A DNA stretch of 64,000 nucleotides from a virus. The notes under the pieces were generated by a model. The model was given only the letters and a program-made list of their open reading frames with translations. It ran no database searches and was not told the origin of the DNA. Made by a program: the position numbers and the translations under genes. The stretch spans positions 1-64,000 of IMG/VR virus record IMGVR_UViG_3300044695_004134. One strand, 5' to 3'. Shown one piece after another: positions 20,965 through 31,700 of the stretch; position 1 is the first letter of the stretch, and every line of letters begins with the position of its first letter.

Positions 20965-21503
20965 TAGAAGCTACCGGCGTCCTCAGTTATTATTGTTTCT
21001 TTGAATGGAATTTTTTTGACACCTTTTTTAGACTCGATTTCATTTTTCAAATTTCGGGCAAGCTCAGTTGTCAAAGATTCAATAATTTTTATCTTTTCGT
21101 TTAATTCAGATTCAAAAGTTTTAGTCTTCTCATCCATTTGAGATTCAAGTTCATTAATTTTTGTGACCAAATTCTCATTATGTTTTCTTGATTTAACTAA
21201 TTCATTTTTAAAAGTATCAATGTGTTCCGAATTCTTTTTGAGTTCACTTGATTCTGAAACGACTATATCTTTTTGTTTCCTCATTTCACCTAATTGGTGT
21301 TTGAGTGAATCAATTTCATTTTGTTTTATAGAAAGTTCTTCTTTATTTTTATTTTCAAAATGTCTTAAACTTTCGGACGCAACATGCAAATCTTCTTCTG
21401 CAATTTTTTTCTGGGTTTGCAGAACAAGATTTTTATGTATAGATTCGGTGACTGTTGCAGATAATAATTCAATATATGAGGCAACAAATTTTTCTTGGTT
21501 CAT
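20964..21503 (-). CDS. Coiled-coil hypothetical protein
   Basis: 179 aa K/E-rich heptads; ends EDAGSF. Confidence 0.75.
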   Translation of the reverse strand: MNQEKFVASYIELLSATVTESIHKNLVLQTQKKIAEEDLHVASESLRHFENKNKEELSIKQNEIDSLKHQLGEMRKQKDIVVSESSELKKNSEHIDTFKNELVKSRKHNENLVTKINELESQMDEKTKTFESELNEKIKIIESLTTELARNLKNEIESKKGVKKIPFKETIITEDAGSF

Positions 21504-21530
21504 ACTATATCTCCATCAATTATTTGGTAT

Positions 21531-23264
21531 TTAGAATGTGCCTCCATCAAGCCCACCAAATTTAACACCGTCTGTTCGATATTGTAAAACTTGCCCTGCT
21601 GTTGGTGTGTTTGTTACTCCGAATGCACCTGTTCCATTACCAAATAATACAGCGTTTGCTGTAACTGTTTGTAATCCAGTGCCACCAAAAGCCACAGGTA
21701 ATCCAAAACCTGCACCTAAAACTTTTGTGTTGTTTATATATACTGATGAAACATTGGCTGCACCGGAAACATCAAGCGTATAGTTTGTGTTTGCACCAGA
21801 AGATTTACCAATTGCCCATGTTGGAACACCAGTTAGAGAATCATTTGCTCTTGTAATGAAACCAACGATGTTAGATGTTTCTACTGCGCCAATATGGAAA
21901 TATAGACCACCAATGTTTGCGGAAGAAACGTCTGAAGTACCAGTACCAATCCATAAGTTACCAAAACCTATGCCAGTTTGTCCTGCAACCAACAAATAAC
22001 CATCATTTGGTTTATGAAAGCCATCATAGCTGTATGCGCCGCCAGCCATACCCATATCAATATAGCCGGTTGAATCTGTACCATTGTCGGCTGTTACAAC
22101 ATAGTCAGCAGAACCTTCATTGTTCAAGTTCTGTAAGTTATTTTGCACATATCGATAGCTTGAGCCTGTACCCTGATACATTGTATTAGGTAAAGGTTCA
22201 TATGAGGAATATCCTACGGCCAACGTTGTGTTCGATGCATCGAACCTTAAATAGGTGTTAGCCTCGATTGCATTATTACCACTAACTGAATGTGACAATG
22301 TAACGAAATGTTGATTTTGTATATGCCCGGTTGCATCCGTCATATTGGCATAATATGCTACGTTTGCAACGTTAGCCAGTTGTACGTTCGATGCAACAAG
22401 CAACTGATTCGTAATGATTGTTCCGTTTGCAGTCATTGATGCAACGTTTGAGTGCCCAGATACTTCTAGTACACCAACATGTAAACCATTTGTTACTGAA
22501 CCTGCATTCAGTGTAGTTGTACCCGCAATTGATTGACCGCCGCCAGTGTCAACGATATCATATATTGAACCTGTAGCAGAATCTACTTGCCATTTGTCTG
22601 TAGCTTCGTTCCACTTGATGGCTGCATTATCTGCTGCACCACGATTAACTGTAATGAATGCATCGATAAGTGGAGAACCACTTGCGTTAGCATTCATTAC
22701 AATTTCATTATTATCGACTAATAGTGTCTCTACGTTTGTATATGATGTTGCGCCTTTTACTGTTAAGTTGCCAGACACTACAACGTTTTGTACAAAAGAT
22801 GCTGTATTTTGCGTAAATGTTGCAACAGTTGCATTATTTGCAACAATAATAACTGAACCACCTGCAACTGTGTTACTTGTATTTACGTTAGAGTAACCAA
22901 TAGAACCTATAGTGCCTTCATATATTGTGTTTGATGATAATGCACTTATTCTGGTATCTAAGTAACCCTTATTGACAGCATCCGTAGACTGTGAAGCGCC
23001 ATCAGCAATCGAAACCATCTTAAACGCTGCGTCTCCTGCATTATCACGGCGAACAATAGTGTTACCCGTGTTCGAAGAGGTGGCATTATCAAGTAGATTG
23101 ACATAGTATTTACCACCAATTGTAATTACGGAATTATCCGTATTACCTACGAATAATTTGTCTGATACGTATGAGTATGCTTGTTCACCCGGATTTAATG
23201 TTGTAGGTAAAGAAGTTACGTCTGAACGTAAAATTTGAATGATTGTGTTTGTTGCGCCTGCCAT
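21531..23264 (-). CDS. Tail fibre/virion structural protein
   Basis: N-terminal IQILRS...GEQAYSY fibre-anchor-like motif, beta-rich, ends LDGGTF. Confidence 0.7.
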   Translation of the reverse strand: MAGATNTIIQILRSDVTSLPTTLNPGEQAYSYVSDKLFVGNTDNSVITIGGKYYVNLLDNATSSNTGNTIVRRDNAGDAAFKMVSIADGASQSTDAVNKGYLDTRISALSSNTIYEGTIGSIGYSNVNTSNTVAGGSVIIVANNATVATFTQNTASFVQNVVVSGNLTVKGATSYTNVETLLVDNNEIVMNANASGSPLIDAFITVNRGAADNAAIKWNEATDKWQVDSATGSIYDIVDTGGGQSIAGTTTLNAGSVTNGLHVGVLEVSGHSNVASMTANGTIITNQLLVASNVQLANVANVAYYANMTDATGHIQNQHFVTLSHSVSGNNAIEANTYLRFDASNTTLAVGYSSYEPLPNTMYQGTGSSYRYVQNNLQNLNNEGSADYVVTADNGTDSTGYIDMGMAGGAYSYDGFHKPNDGYLLVAGQTGIGFGNLWIGTGTSDVSSANIGGLYFHIGAVETSNIVGFITRANDSLTGVPTWAIGKSSGANTNYTLDVSGAANVSSVYINNTKVLGAGFGLPVAFGGTGLQTVTANAVLFGNGTGAFGVTNTPTAGQVLQYRTDGVKFGGLDGGTF

Positions 23265-23488
23265 TAGAATGTGCCTCCGTTTAATCGTGGTATGTTTTGA
23301 ACCACGAATTTTTGTATTGTACTGTCATAAGTCAAGACAGAGTTATTGTTTGCTGAATTCATAATTTCCACATCTGTAGCATTTGCTATAACAACATCAG
23401 TAGGATTAGGTAAATAATTGAAAGTTTTAACTCTCGGTGCATTTACCGAAGCCAGAGAGACCTTCACTGTATTTATTGTTTGTGACAT
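23264..23488 (-). CDS. Small virion-associated protein
   Basis: 74 aa, coupled to neighbours, ends LNGGTF. Confidence 0.65.
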   Translation of the reverse strand: MSQTINTVKVSLASVNAPRVKTFNYLPNPTDVVIANATDVEIMNSANNNSVLTYDSTIQKFVVQNIPRLNGGTF

Positions 23489-23841
23489 TATAACATTCCA
23501 GGAGTTTTAGTTACCTGAGGAGATACATTCACAATACCCTCTAACACACGAACTCTTGTTTGTGTGTTTGTCAAATATACATCATACACATATCTTCCAG
23601 GATAAATGTTCGCCGTGTTTGCAGAGTCCAATGATATGGTTATAATTCCAAGCAATGGATTATTTCCTGTTGAAACGGTGAATGTTGCGGCCGCATTTGA
23701 AGAATAATATGATTTACGCATCTGTGATGATGCTGTGTATGTGGCAAGGTTAAAAGATTCTCCGGCAACATCATCCAATTCAATGGATGCGTTGAATGAT
23801 GAGCCTTGCTCCAAAAACAGTTCTGAATAACCTGCTGGCAT
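23488..23841 (-). CDS. Small virion structural protein
   Basis: LEQGSSF, QMRKSYYSS, GRYVYDV, RVLEGIVNVSP motifs typical of T4-like fibre modules. Confidence 0.75.
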   Translation of the reverse strand: MPAGYSELFLEQGSSFNASIELDDVAGESFNLATYTASSQMRKSYYSSNAAATFTVSTGNNPLLGIITISLDSANTANIYPGRYVYDVYLTNTQTRVRVLEGIVNVSPQVTKTPGML

Positions 23842-23867
23842 ATCGTTAGTTTCCTTTTAATATGGTA

Positions 23868-23875
23868 TATTTATT
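23868..23875 (-). promoter_or_regulatory. Late promoter variant AATAAATA
   Basis: 7/8 match, intergenic, upstream of 23841. Confidence 0.5.
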
Positions 23876-23898
23876 AACTTCCGGAAATTAACGAATAC

Positions 23899-26800
23899 TT
23901 AGGGTATTTTTTTCTTCAGTTCTTTGACTTCATTCGACAGTTCTTTAACCGCTTCAATGAGAACACCAACTATGTTACCATATGCAACTGACAAATATTC
24001 GGATTCTTTTTCTTTTTGTACAACTTCCGGTAAAACTTTTTGTACTTCTTGTGCGATAACACCAACACCAGGCCTACCTTCACGTTCGAATCTCACTCCT
24101 CTCATATTTTCAATACACAGGAGAGCATTTTCAATAGTTTGAATATTAGTTTTTAATCTTTCATCAGAATAAGCAGTAACGTTGCCTGGAGCAGTTAAGT
24201 CTCCTGTGCTAGGATTGAATGTGAATGCTGTTGCTGTTGTTCTAACACTTGGTGTTTGATTGCTGCCGGCACTTGCAACAAACACTGGGAAAAAAGAAGC
24301 GTCTGTTGTTATTGCAGTGGCATTAATTTCAGTGGAAGGTCCGATTGGCCCAATAGGTCCGATTGGACCGATGGGTCCTTGTGGACCTAGAGGTCCGATA
24401 GGTCCGATTGGTCCAATGGGTCCTTGTGGTCCAATAGGTCCGATAGGTCCTTGTGGTCCAATGGGTCCTTGTGGTCCAATAGGTCCGATGGGTCCTTGTG
24501 GTCCGATTGGTCCGATTGGTCCAATGGGTCCAATGGGTCCTTGTGGTCCGATTGGTCCGATTGGTCCAATGGGTCCAATGGGTCCTTGTGGTCCAATAGG
24601 TCCGATAGGTCCTTGTGGTCCAATAGGTCCAATTGGACCAATGGGTCCAATTGGTCCTTGTGGTCCTGTAGGTCCTGTTGGACCTCTAGGTCCGATTGGT
24701 CCAATGGGTCCAATGGGTCCTTGTGGCCCGATAGGTCCAATTGGTCCAATGGGTCCTTGTGGTCCGATTGGTCCGATAGGTCCTTGCGGCCCGATTGGTC
24801 CGATAGGTCCTTGTGGTCCAATGGGTCCGATTGGTCCAATGGGTCCTTGTGGTCCAATAGGTCCGATAGGTCCTTGTGGCCCGATTGGTCCGATGGGTCC
24901 TTGTGGCCCGATTGGTCCAATAGGCCCGATAGGACCAATGGGTCCTTGTGGTCCAATAGGACCAATGGGTCCAATGGGTCCGATTGGTCCCTGAGGTCCA
25001 ATAGGTCCGATTGGTCCTTGTGGTCCAATGTTACCTGCTCTAGTGAATTGCACCATCACCAAATCGTTGTTAGTAAATGTTCCCACACCAGAAACGTATG
25101 TAAGAACAACAGTTCTAAACCCTGTTGAGTCTGTTACTGTACCTGAAGCAAATACAGCATACTTAGATGTTGGTGAACCGAACACAGAGAGTCTGATGTA
25201 ACCTTTAGTTGCACCGTTTGCTTGACCCCATTCTGTAAGTATGGTGGAAATATCATTGCCATATGTGTCAAGGTTATCAAAGTAACCAGCGGTTGCAGAA
25301 GCAATCGTTCCATTATTCAGTCTGAAGAAACCTGCACCAGGATCTGAAGCTGTGGTTGTTGTTGAATACTGTTGTGCAACACCAAGAACTGCACCGGAGT
25401 TAACAACGTTCGATGAAATTCTGGAATTTACATCCAACCTCATCTGATTAATTCGGTTTGCTGTAGCGGCTTGTGTCGTACTTGTGCTTGTATCAGTGTC
25501 GTTCAACTGAACAATACCAGCGTTGTTTACGTTAGCTGTATATTTTTCAGTAACAATTGTATTGTATGTGTTCGGGTTAGCACCAGAAATCTCACGTATT
25601 TTCCACATGCTATCGGAATTATCAAATCTGATATATGCATTTGGTGAGAAAGCTGGACCAATCGTACTTGTTCCAAGAGTTGTTGTAAGTGTTCCTGCTG
25701 AAACAGCAACTGTAACGACAAAAGTAAATGAAGTCGAGTTTACATTTGTTACAGTCCAAGTACCATTCAATTTAGTTTGTTGTGTACCTGTTGCACCTGC
25801 AACTGTTATGGATTGTCCAGTGGCAACTGTGACCGCACCGGCATGGTTACATGTTACAGTTGTAGTTCCATTACCAACAAAGTTTGTTGGTGTTATACCA
25901 TAAGTTGTCGATAACTGTCGTTGTACACCGAATTGTGCGGTTTGTGATGCTGTGATTGGTGTTGCACCGTACAAGTCAAACTCAGATGAGTTGTACACTG
26001 TACCACCATCAATAACAAAGTTACCCTTAACCGTTAAATCTTTGCCAGCAATAATAGAATTGTTTGAAAAAATGTTATCTGCGTTGATAGATGGAGTGTA
26101 AATGTCTGTGTTAGCAGTCAAGAAATTTACATTGATATTATCTACAACAGAAATATATTGTACGTTTGCGCCTATAATATTGGCTGTTCCTCCAACATTT
26201 ACTGTGTTGGCATTCATATGGCTAGTATTGATTACAGAATTTGCTGTAATATAACCAACATTCAACATTGTAGCAATTCTACCGTAACTTGCAACGTTTA
26301 AATTACCACCGTTCAAGTTTGTATTAGCAGTGATTGTACCACTAATCATTGATGTGTTAGCAACCAAACCCGCGGTTACAATCGTACTATTAGCAACCAA
26401 ACCAGCGGTTACAATCGTACTATTAGCAACCAAACCAGCGGTTACAATCGTACTATTAGCAACCAAACCAGCGGTTACAATCGTACTATTAGCAACCAAA
26501 CCAGCGGTTATCACTCCAGTATTAGCAACAATATTACCAGCTTGTAATCTGGTTGTGAATGCTTCTGTTGTAGTAATATGACTATTGGAATTCAAGGATC
26601 CGGCATATGAAATACCAGACGCATAAGCCTGTGTTGTAGTAATATGACTATTGGAATTCAAGGACCCAGAGATTAATCCAGTGTTAGCAACAATATCATC
26701 GGCTTGTAATCTGGTTGTAAATGTTTCTGTTGTTGTTACATATGAATTAGAATTCATTGACATTACATATGCATTACTAGAAGTATATAATGTGGCGGTG

Positions 26801-28512
26801 TTAACGAAAACGTTAGCCGATAAACTGTTAACATTAGCAGTCAATGAGTATACATTAGATGTGGTAACGTATGAATTAGAATTCAATGACATTACATACG
26901 CATTACTAGATGTATATAATGTGGCGGTGTTAACGAAACTGTTGGCACTCAAGAAATTTGTATTGACACTAGTGTTAGCTACTAGACCAGCAGTTACAAC
27001 CCCTGTATTAGCAACAAGTGCATTTGTTATCACTCCAGTATTTGCTACAATATTACCTGCTTGTAATCTGGTTGTAAATGATTCCGTTGTAGTAACATAA
27101 CTATTTGAATTCAATGACATTGTATACGCATTACTAGATGTATATAATGTGGCGGTGTTAACAAATGAATTAGCACTCAAGAAATTTGTATTGACACTAG
27201 TGTTAGCCACCAAACCGGCGGTTACAATGGTGTTATTAGCAACCAACCCGGCGGTTACAACCCCTGTATTAGCAACAAGTGCATTTGTTATCACTCCAGT
27301 GTTAGCAACAATATTGCCTGCTTGTAATCTGGTTGTAAATGATTCCGTTGTAGTAACATAACTATTTGAATTCAATGACATTACATATGCATTGCTGGAC
27401 GTATATAATGTGGCAGTATTAACAAATGAATTAGCACTCAAGAAGTTTGTATTGACACTAGTGTTAGCCACCAAACCAGCAGTTATCATTCCAGTGTTAG
27501 CAACAATATTACCTGCTTGTAATCTGGATGTAAATGCTTCGGTTGTGGTAACATAACTATTGGAATTCAATGACATTACATATGCATTACTAGAAGTATA
27601 TAATGTGGCGGTGTTAACGAAACTGTTGGCACTTAAAAAGTCTGTATTGACTCTAGTGTTAGCCACCAAACCAGCGGTTACAATCGTACTATTAGCTACT
27701 AGACCAGCAGTTACAATCGTACTATTAGCTACTAGACCAGCGGTTACAACCCCTGTATTAGCTACCAAACCAGCGGTTACAACCCCTGTATTAGCAACAA
27801 TATTATCTGCTTGTAATCTGGATGTAAATGCTTCGGTTGTGGTAACATAACTATTGGAATTCAATGACATTACATACGCATTACTAGATGTATATAATGT
27901 GGCAGTATTAACGTATACATTTGCACTTAGAACATTAACGTTAATTGCGCCCGCAATATTAGCCCAACCAGCATTTACTTCAATGTTTGCTGTTAAGTTC
28001 TGTGTGTATCCAGTTGAAATATACAATAGGGGTGTTTGAATCCATGTATTCGATACGAGATTAGCAATTCTTGTATTACCACCGACAACTAAATTATTTG
28101 CAAGTGTTACATTGCCATTAAACAATGAGTTGTTTGCAACATACAGGCTTGGACCGCCAGCATTGTTCAGCCCTGCACCTACGATTTGAAGATTGGCTAA
28201 GTTTGCAACACCATCAACACGAAGCCCTAGCCCGGTATTGTTAGCAACATAAATGAAACCTGTCGTACTGACAGTCAATCCATTTTGTATTGTCGCCGAA
28301 GAGCCTACACCAGAAACTTGAAATGAACCTTGTATAAGTGCATTATTGGAAACTTGTAAGCCAGTTCCAGGAGAATCAATAAGGAAAGTGCCGGTGTTTT
28401 TGGTGTAGTTGTTCGCACCAATATCATTGGTTTCCGACAACACGTTGTTTGTTGTGGTTACCCAATCACCAAATGTGTTGGCATAATTTAAAGGAATGAT
28501 TTGATTAGCCAT
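23899..28512 (-). CDS. Long tail fibre: Ala-Asn-rich repeats, collagen segment and S74 chaperone
   Basis: N-terminal NTFGDW anchor, nested repeats, (GPI/GPQ)n block, SDERLKTNI motif. Confidence 0.88.
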   Translation of the reverse strand: MANQIIPLNYANTFGDWVTTTNNVLSETNDIGANNYTKNTGTFLIDSPGTGLQVSNNALIQGSFQVSGVGSSATIQNGLTVSTTGFIYVANNTGLGLRVDGVANLANLQIVGAGLNNAGGPSLYVANNSLFNGNVTLANNLVVGGNTRIANLVSNTWIQTPLLYISTGYTQNLTANIEVNAGWANIAGAINVNVLSANVYVNTATLYTSSNAYVMSLNSNSYVTTTEAFTSRLQADNIVANTGVVTAGLVANTGVVTAGLVANSTIVTAGLVANSTIVTAGLVANTRVNTDFLSANSFVNTATLYTSSNAYVMSLNSNSYVTTTEAFTSRLQAGNIVANTGMITAGLVANTSVNTNFLSANSFVNTATLYTSSNAYVMSLNSNSYVTTTESFTTRLQAGNIVANTGVITNALVANTGVVTAGLVANNTIVTAGLVANTSVNTNFLSANSFVNTATLYTSSNAYTMSLNSNSYVTTTESFTTRLQAGNIVANTGVITNALVANTGVVTAGLVANTSVNTNFLSANSFVNTATLYTSSNAYVMSLNSNSYVTTSNVYSLTANVNSLSANVFVNTATLYTSSNAYVMSMNSNSYVTTTETFTTRLQADDIVANTGLISGSLNSNSHITTTQAYASGISYAGSLNSNSHITTTEAFTTRLQAGNIVANTGVITAGLVANSTIVTAGLVANSTIVTAGLVANSTIVTAGLVANSTIVTAGLVANTSMISGTITANTNLNGGNLNVASYGRIATMLNVGYITANSVINTSHMNANTVNVGGTANIIGANVQYISVVDNINVNFLTANTDIYTPSINADNIFSNNSIIAGKDLTVKGNFVIDGGTVYNSSEFDLYGATPITASQTAQFGVQRQLSTTYGITPTNFVGNGTTTVTCNHAGAVTVATGQSITVAGATGTQQTKLNGTWTVTNVNSTSFTFVVTVAVSAGTLTTTLGTSTIGPAFSPNAYIRFDNSDSMWKIREISGANPNTYNTIVTEKYTANVNNAGIVQLNDTDTSTSTTQAATANRINQMRLDVNSRISSNVVNSGAVLGVAQQYSTTTTASDPGAGFFRLNNGTIASATAGYFDNLDTYGNDISTILTEWGQANGATKGYIRLSVFGSPTSKYAVFASGTVTDSTGFRTVVLTYVSGVGTFTNNDLVMVQFTRAGNIGPQGPIGPIGPQGPIGPIGPIGPIGPQGPIGPIGPIGPIGPQGPIGPIGPQGPIGPIGPQGPIGPIGPIGPQGPIGPIGPQGPIGPIGPQGPIGPIGPIGPQGPIGPIGPIGPRGPTGPTGPQGPIGPIGPIGPIGPQGPIGPIGPQGPIGPIGPIGPIGPQGPIGPIGPIGPIGPQGPIGPIGPQGPIGPQGPIGPIGPQGPIGPIGPIGPLGPQGPIGPIGPIGPIGPSTEINATAITTDASFFPVFVASAGSNQTPSVRTTATAFTFNPSTGDLTAPGNVTAYSDERLKTNIQTIENALLCIENMRGVRFEREGRPGVGVIAQEVQKVLPEVVQKEKESEYLSVAYGNIVGVLIEAVKELSNEVKELKKKIP
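24338..25030. repeat. 9-bp-period collagen repeat array (fibre 2)
   Basis: About 0.7 kb of almost pure GPI/GPQ triplets. Confidence 0.92.
26355..27930. repeat. Nested coding repeats: 33-bp units within ~60-80 aa super-repeats
   Basis: tagcaaccaaaccagcggttacaatcgtactat tandem copies ([11 protein letters not shown]); [13 protein letters not shown] recurs six times. Confidence 0.9.
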
Positions 28513-28732
28513 TGTTGCCCTTGCCTATTAATTGCTTCAGTAGTTCTTTGATATCGGTTACATCGCTTTTCATTGATGTAATTTCCAACTTTATATTATT
28601 TATTTCATCTTTTTGAGACTTAATTATTTTTGATCTATTAAAATACTCTTCTTTGGCACTTCTATCATTATTGATAAGTGCCATAGAATTTGTATCTCTT
28701 AGATAATTAGTGTCGTTAACTTGCACTAACAT
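28505..28732 (-). CDS. Small hypothetical coiled-coil protein
   Basis: 75 aa ORF between the VrlC-like gene and the fibre, overlapping the latter. Confidence 0.7.
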   Translation of the reverse strand: MLVQVNDTNYLRDTNSMALINNDRSAKEEYFNRSKIIKSQKDEINNIKLEITSMKSDVTDIKELLKQLIGKGNNG

Positions 28733-28734
28733 TA

Positions 28735-31700
28735 TTAAGCACCTGAAGGTAGAGCAAGAACTCTCAAATCATGTAAAACCGGAGTTCGTGTTGAGTCTGA
28801 TGTTGCTAAAACAATTTTTATCGCAAATTGACTGAATTGATTGTAGGTCAAACCACTTGTGCTTGTATAAGAAATTTTATTATCTGGAATATTATTAGTA
28901 CCAGGTGATGAAACGAATTCTCTCAAATCATCTCTACTCAAAGAGAATGAATTTGATCCTTCTGTTTCTGTCATAATTTTCCAGGTTTGATCTTCAAATT
29001 TCTCAGTATCATTTCTATTTTGTATCTTATAGTAAACAAGAATACTGGAACCAACTGGCTTATATGCTGTGTAATAGACACGAAGGTCACCAGAATCATT
29101 ACCTGGAGTTAAAACAACTTTTTTGGTTATGTATTTTGCTATACCGTTACCACCACTAGAAGACGTTTCACCTTTAACAATTGCGGTTGCAAGTGAACCA
29201 GTACCGTTTGCAGCTATAGTTATTGTTGGTGTTGTTATATAACCAGAACCAGGGATATCAAATATAATCTTATCGACGATATAACCGCCGACTCCATTTG
29301 TTACCAAATTTGCAATAGCATTTGCTTGTTGACCACCAATTGAGGTTGGAGCAGAAATTGTTGCAGACACATTGGCCTTACCGTCACCATCAAGAGTATA
29401 TATAGCTGTTACGCCAGCAGTATTACCGCTTGTCACCAATACATCCGTGTTTGCAAGACTCATATTGTTTATACTATATTGAATACTATACACTGATAAT
29501 CCATCGTCAGACAATACAGGTGAAACATACTTATCATCAGAAGATAATGTAGCAGTAACCACGAAGGACGAGCTAGAGTTTGCATCTAAAACACGTGAAC
29601 CTTTTCCATCATCGAGATAGATATTGTCCGGCATTGCTGTACCAAATTTACCTGGTTGTACATTTCTTGTGGTATCGGCTGCGTAACTTGAGTATAGAGA
29701 AGGTCTATATGTGTAAGACAATTCTGTATCTGTCGGTGAAAAGTCCGTTGTTGTGATATTAAATGCATCAACTTTAAAGTCTTCAGCATACAATGTACCA
29801 TTAATGTTCGATGCTGTATTTGCATTGCTGATGTATTCTAAATCATTAGATACCTTCTTACGTAGAGGTATCTTCTTTGGAACAACATACTGCACAGTAG
29901 GTGTTGCGGCTGTATTAAATACGCAGTTATCAATAATGAACATCAAATTCTTTGTTTGATCTGCTGTCCATGTTATACCGTTTTGTGATTCGAAAAGAGC
30001 ACCAATATACGGCGAACCACCAATTTTTGTAATCACTGTTGGTGTAGAATCTGTTGGTAAGTTCTTTACGGATGATGCTACTGCAATAGAATTTTGTGCA
30101 GCGGTCCAAACAGTATAATCGGCTGAAGTTGTTTGCAGAATGAATGCATACAAGTTACCTGCACGAATGTAAACTGGTGCGTCGAATGTGAACTCTGTGT
30201 ATGTTGAACTGTCCAAATATTGTGGATTCAATGAAACATTAATTTGCTGTGCAGTTTTTGTTACAAGAGAACCGTCAAGTATTTGGCCATTTGGATAACC
30301 ATTTAGTGTGTCAGTAATATAAAGTTTCACTGGAACCGCTGAGGTACCCGTTGGCTTAGTTCTGAAATATACTTTGATCGAACTGATGAACGCACCATTT
30401 GGATATGTTGCTTGATCAATAATAAATGTTTGTGCAATTGGATCAACTGTAAATGTAACAGTATTGATTACTTGATTGAGTCTTTCTTGAGTTGCAGTAA
30501 ACACATTATTTTTAGCCGCAGCTTGTATTGTACCACCAAAGTTTAGTGATGTACTCTTTGTTGCCAAAGAAGAAGCAGTGAAAACACCCTGAGCAAACGT
30601 TGTTGCTGTAGCTGGTGTAGTATCCGTTGCACGGTTATCAATACGTATAGTTTTATCACCAGTTTTAAATGTTCCACCAGGTAACTGCAACAATGCGGTG
30701 AAATTTCCATACTCATCAGTAGAAAGTTTAGGTACTTTCTGTGAAGATGTAGCTTGTGTCATCAAGAATTGCGTACCAACTATAGAATAAGTGCTGTTTG
30801 CAGCGGTAGCTTGCCCACCAGGAGTAGCTTTATTGTTACCTAAAGAAACATTAACTACGTTTGAAAGTGTTGCAACTTTTGTAGAACCAACATAATCACT
30901 AATTGTTGCCGTAAACGTTTCATTGAATGTTTGAAATTCAATGAAATCGAATGGAGTTTGTATGACTCTTGTGAACCAGTTTCCATCCCAATCAAAATCC
31001 CAAACGGTATCTGCTCTGTAACCTGTTTTAGTTACTTGTCTTTGATTAACAGTTGTAATTCTAATTGTAGAACCATTATAATAATCATCCACAGAAGAAG
31101 CCATTGATGAAAGTGTGACTAGATTTGTGCCAGTCTTATATGTTGCACCACCAGGAAGAGTTGAACTTGATCCGGCTGTTGCTGCTGCGACCTGCCCACT
31201 CAATGAAATTTGAGCAGAGCTTGCGCTTGAGTATATTCCATTAGCATTAGGCGTGCCTGTGTATACACCACTCGTACTAAATTTACCTGATATCAATTGA
31301 TTTGTAGGTGAATATGCGCTTTGCGATTTATTGTCAGACGACACATACAATCTTACACTTGTGGAAGATAATTTAGTTACTGAAATAACTCTCGCTGTTG
31401 GTACGAAGGTACCAGATGAAACAAAACCTACAACATCGCCAGCTTCAAATGTTCCGTAGACCTCACTTAATTCAATAACATTAGGATAAATTATGTACTC
31501 GTCTACTTTAGTGCCATCAAAATACACAGACACGGGTGTATTGATTTTCATGCCTTCTGCTCTCAGAATTAAATTCTGCCCGCGAATATATGGCTGAACT
31601 GAAACATCGGTAATAAAATTACCACTCACAGAAGAAACTTTGTCGTAGTTGCCTGTTACTGTTTGTCTTTGTTGATCTTCATATGTGGTTGTGGTTACTT

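Noticed and set aside
17928-25128. Long alternative-frame and antisense ORFs over the collagen arrays (DQLDLLD..., WSDRSN..., GPCGPI...)
   Set aside because: These are by-products of a stop-poor 9-bp repeat, with no RBS or non-repeat domains, and are nested in real fibre genes.
26355-26520. 33-bp direct repeats as a CRISPR array
   Set aside because: The repeats abut with no unique spacers, stay in frame within a CDS, and no cas genes are present.
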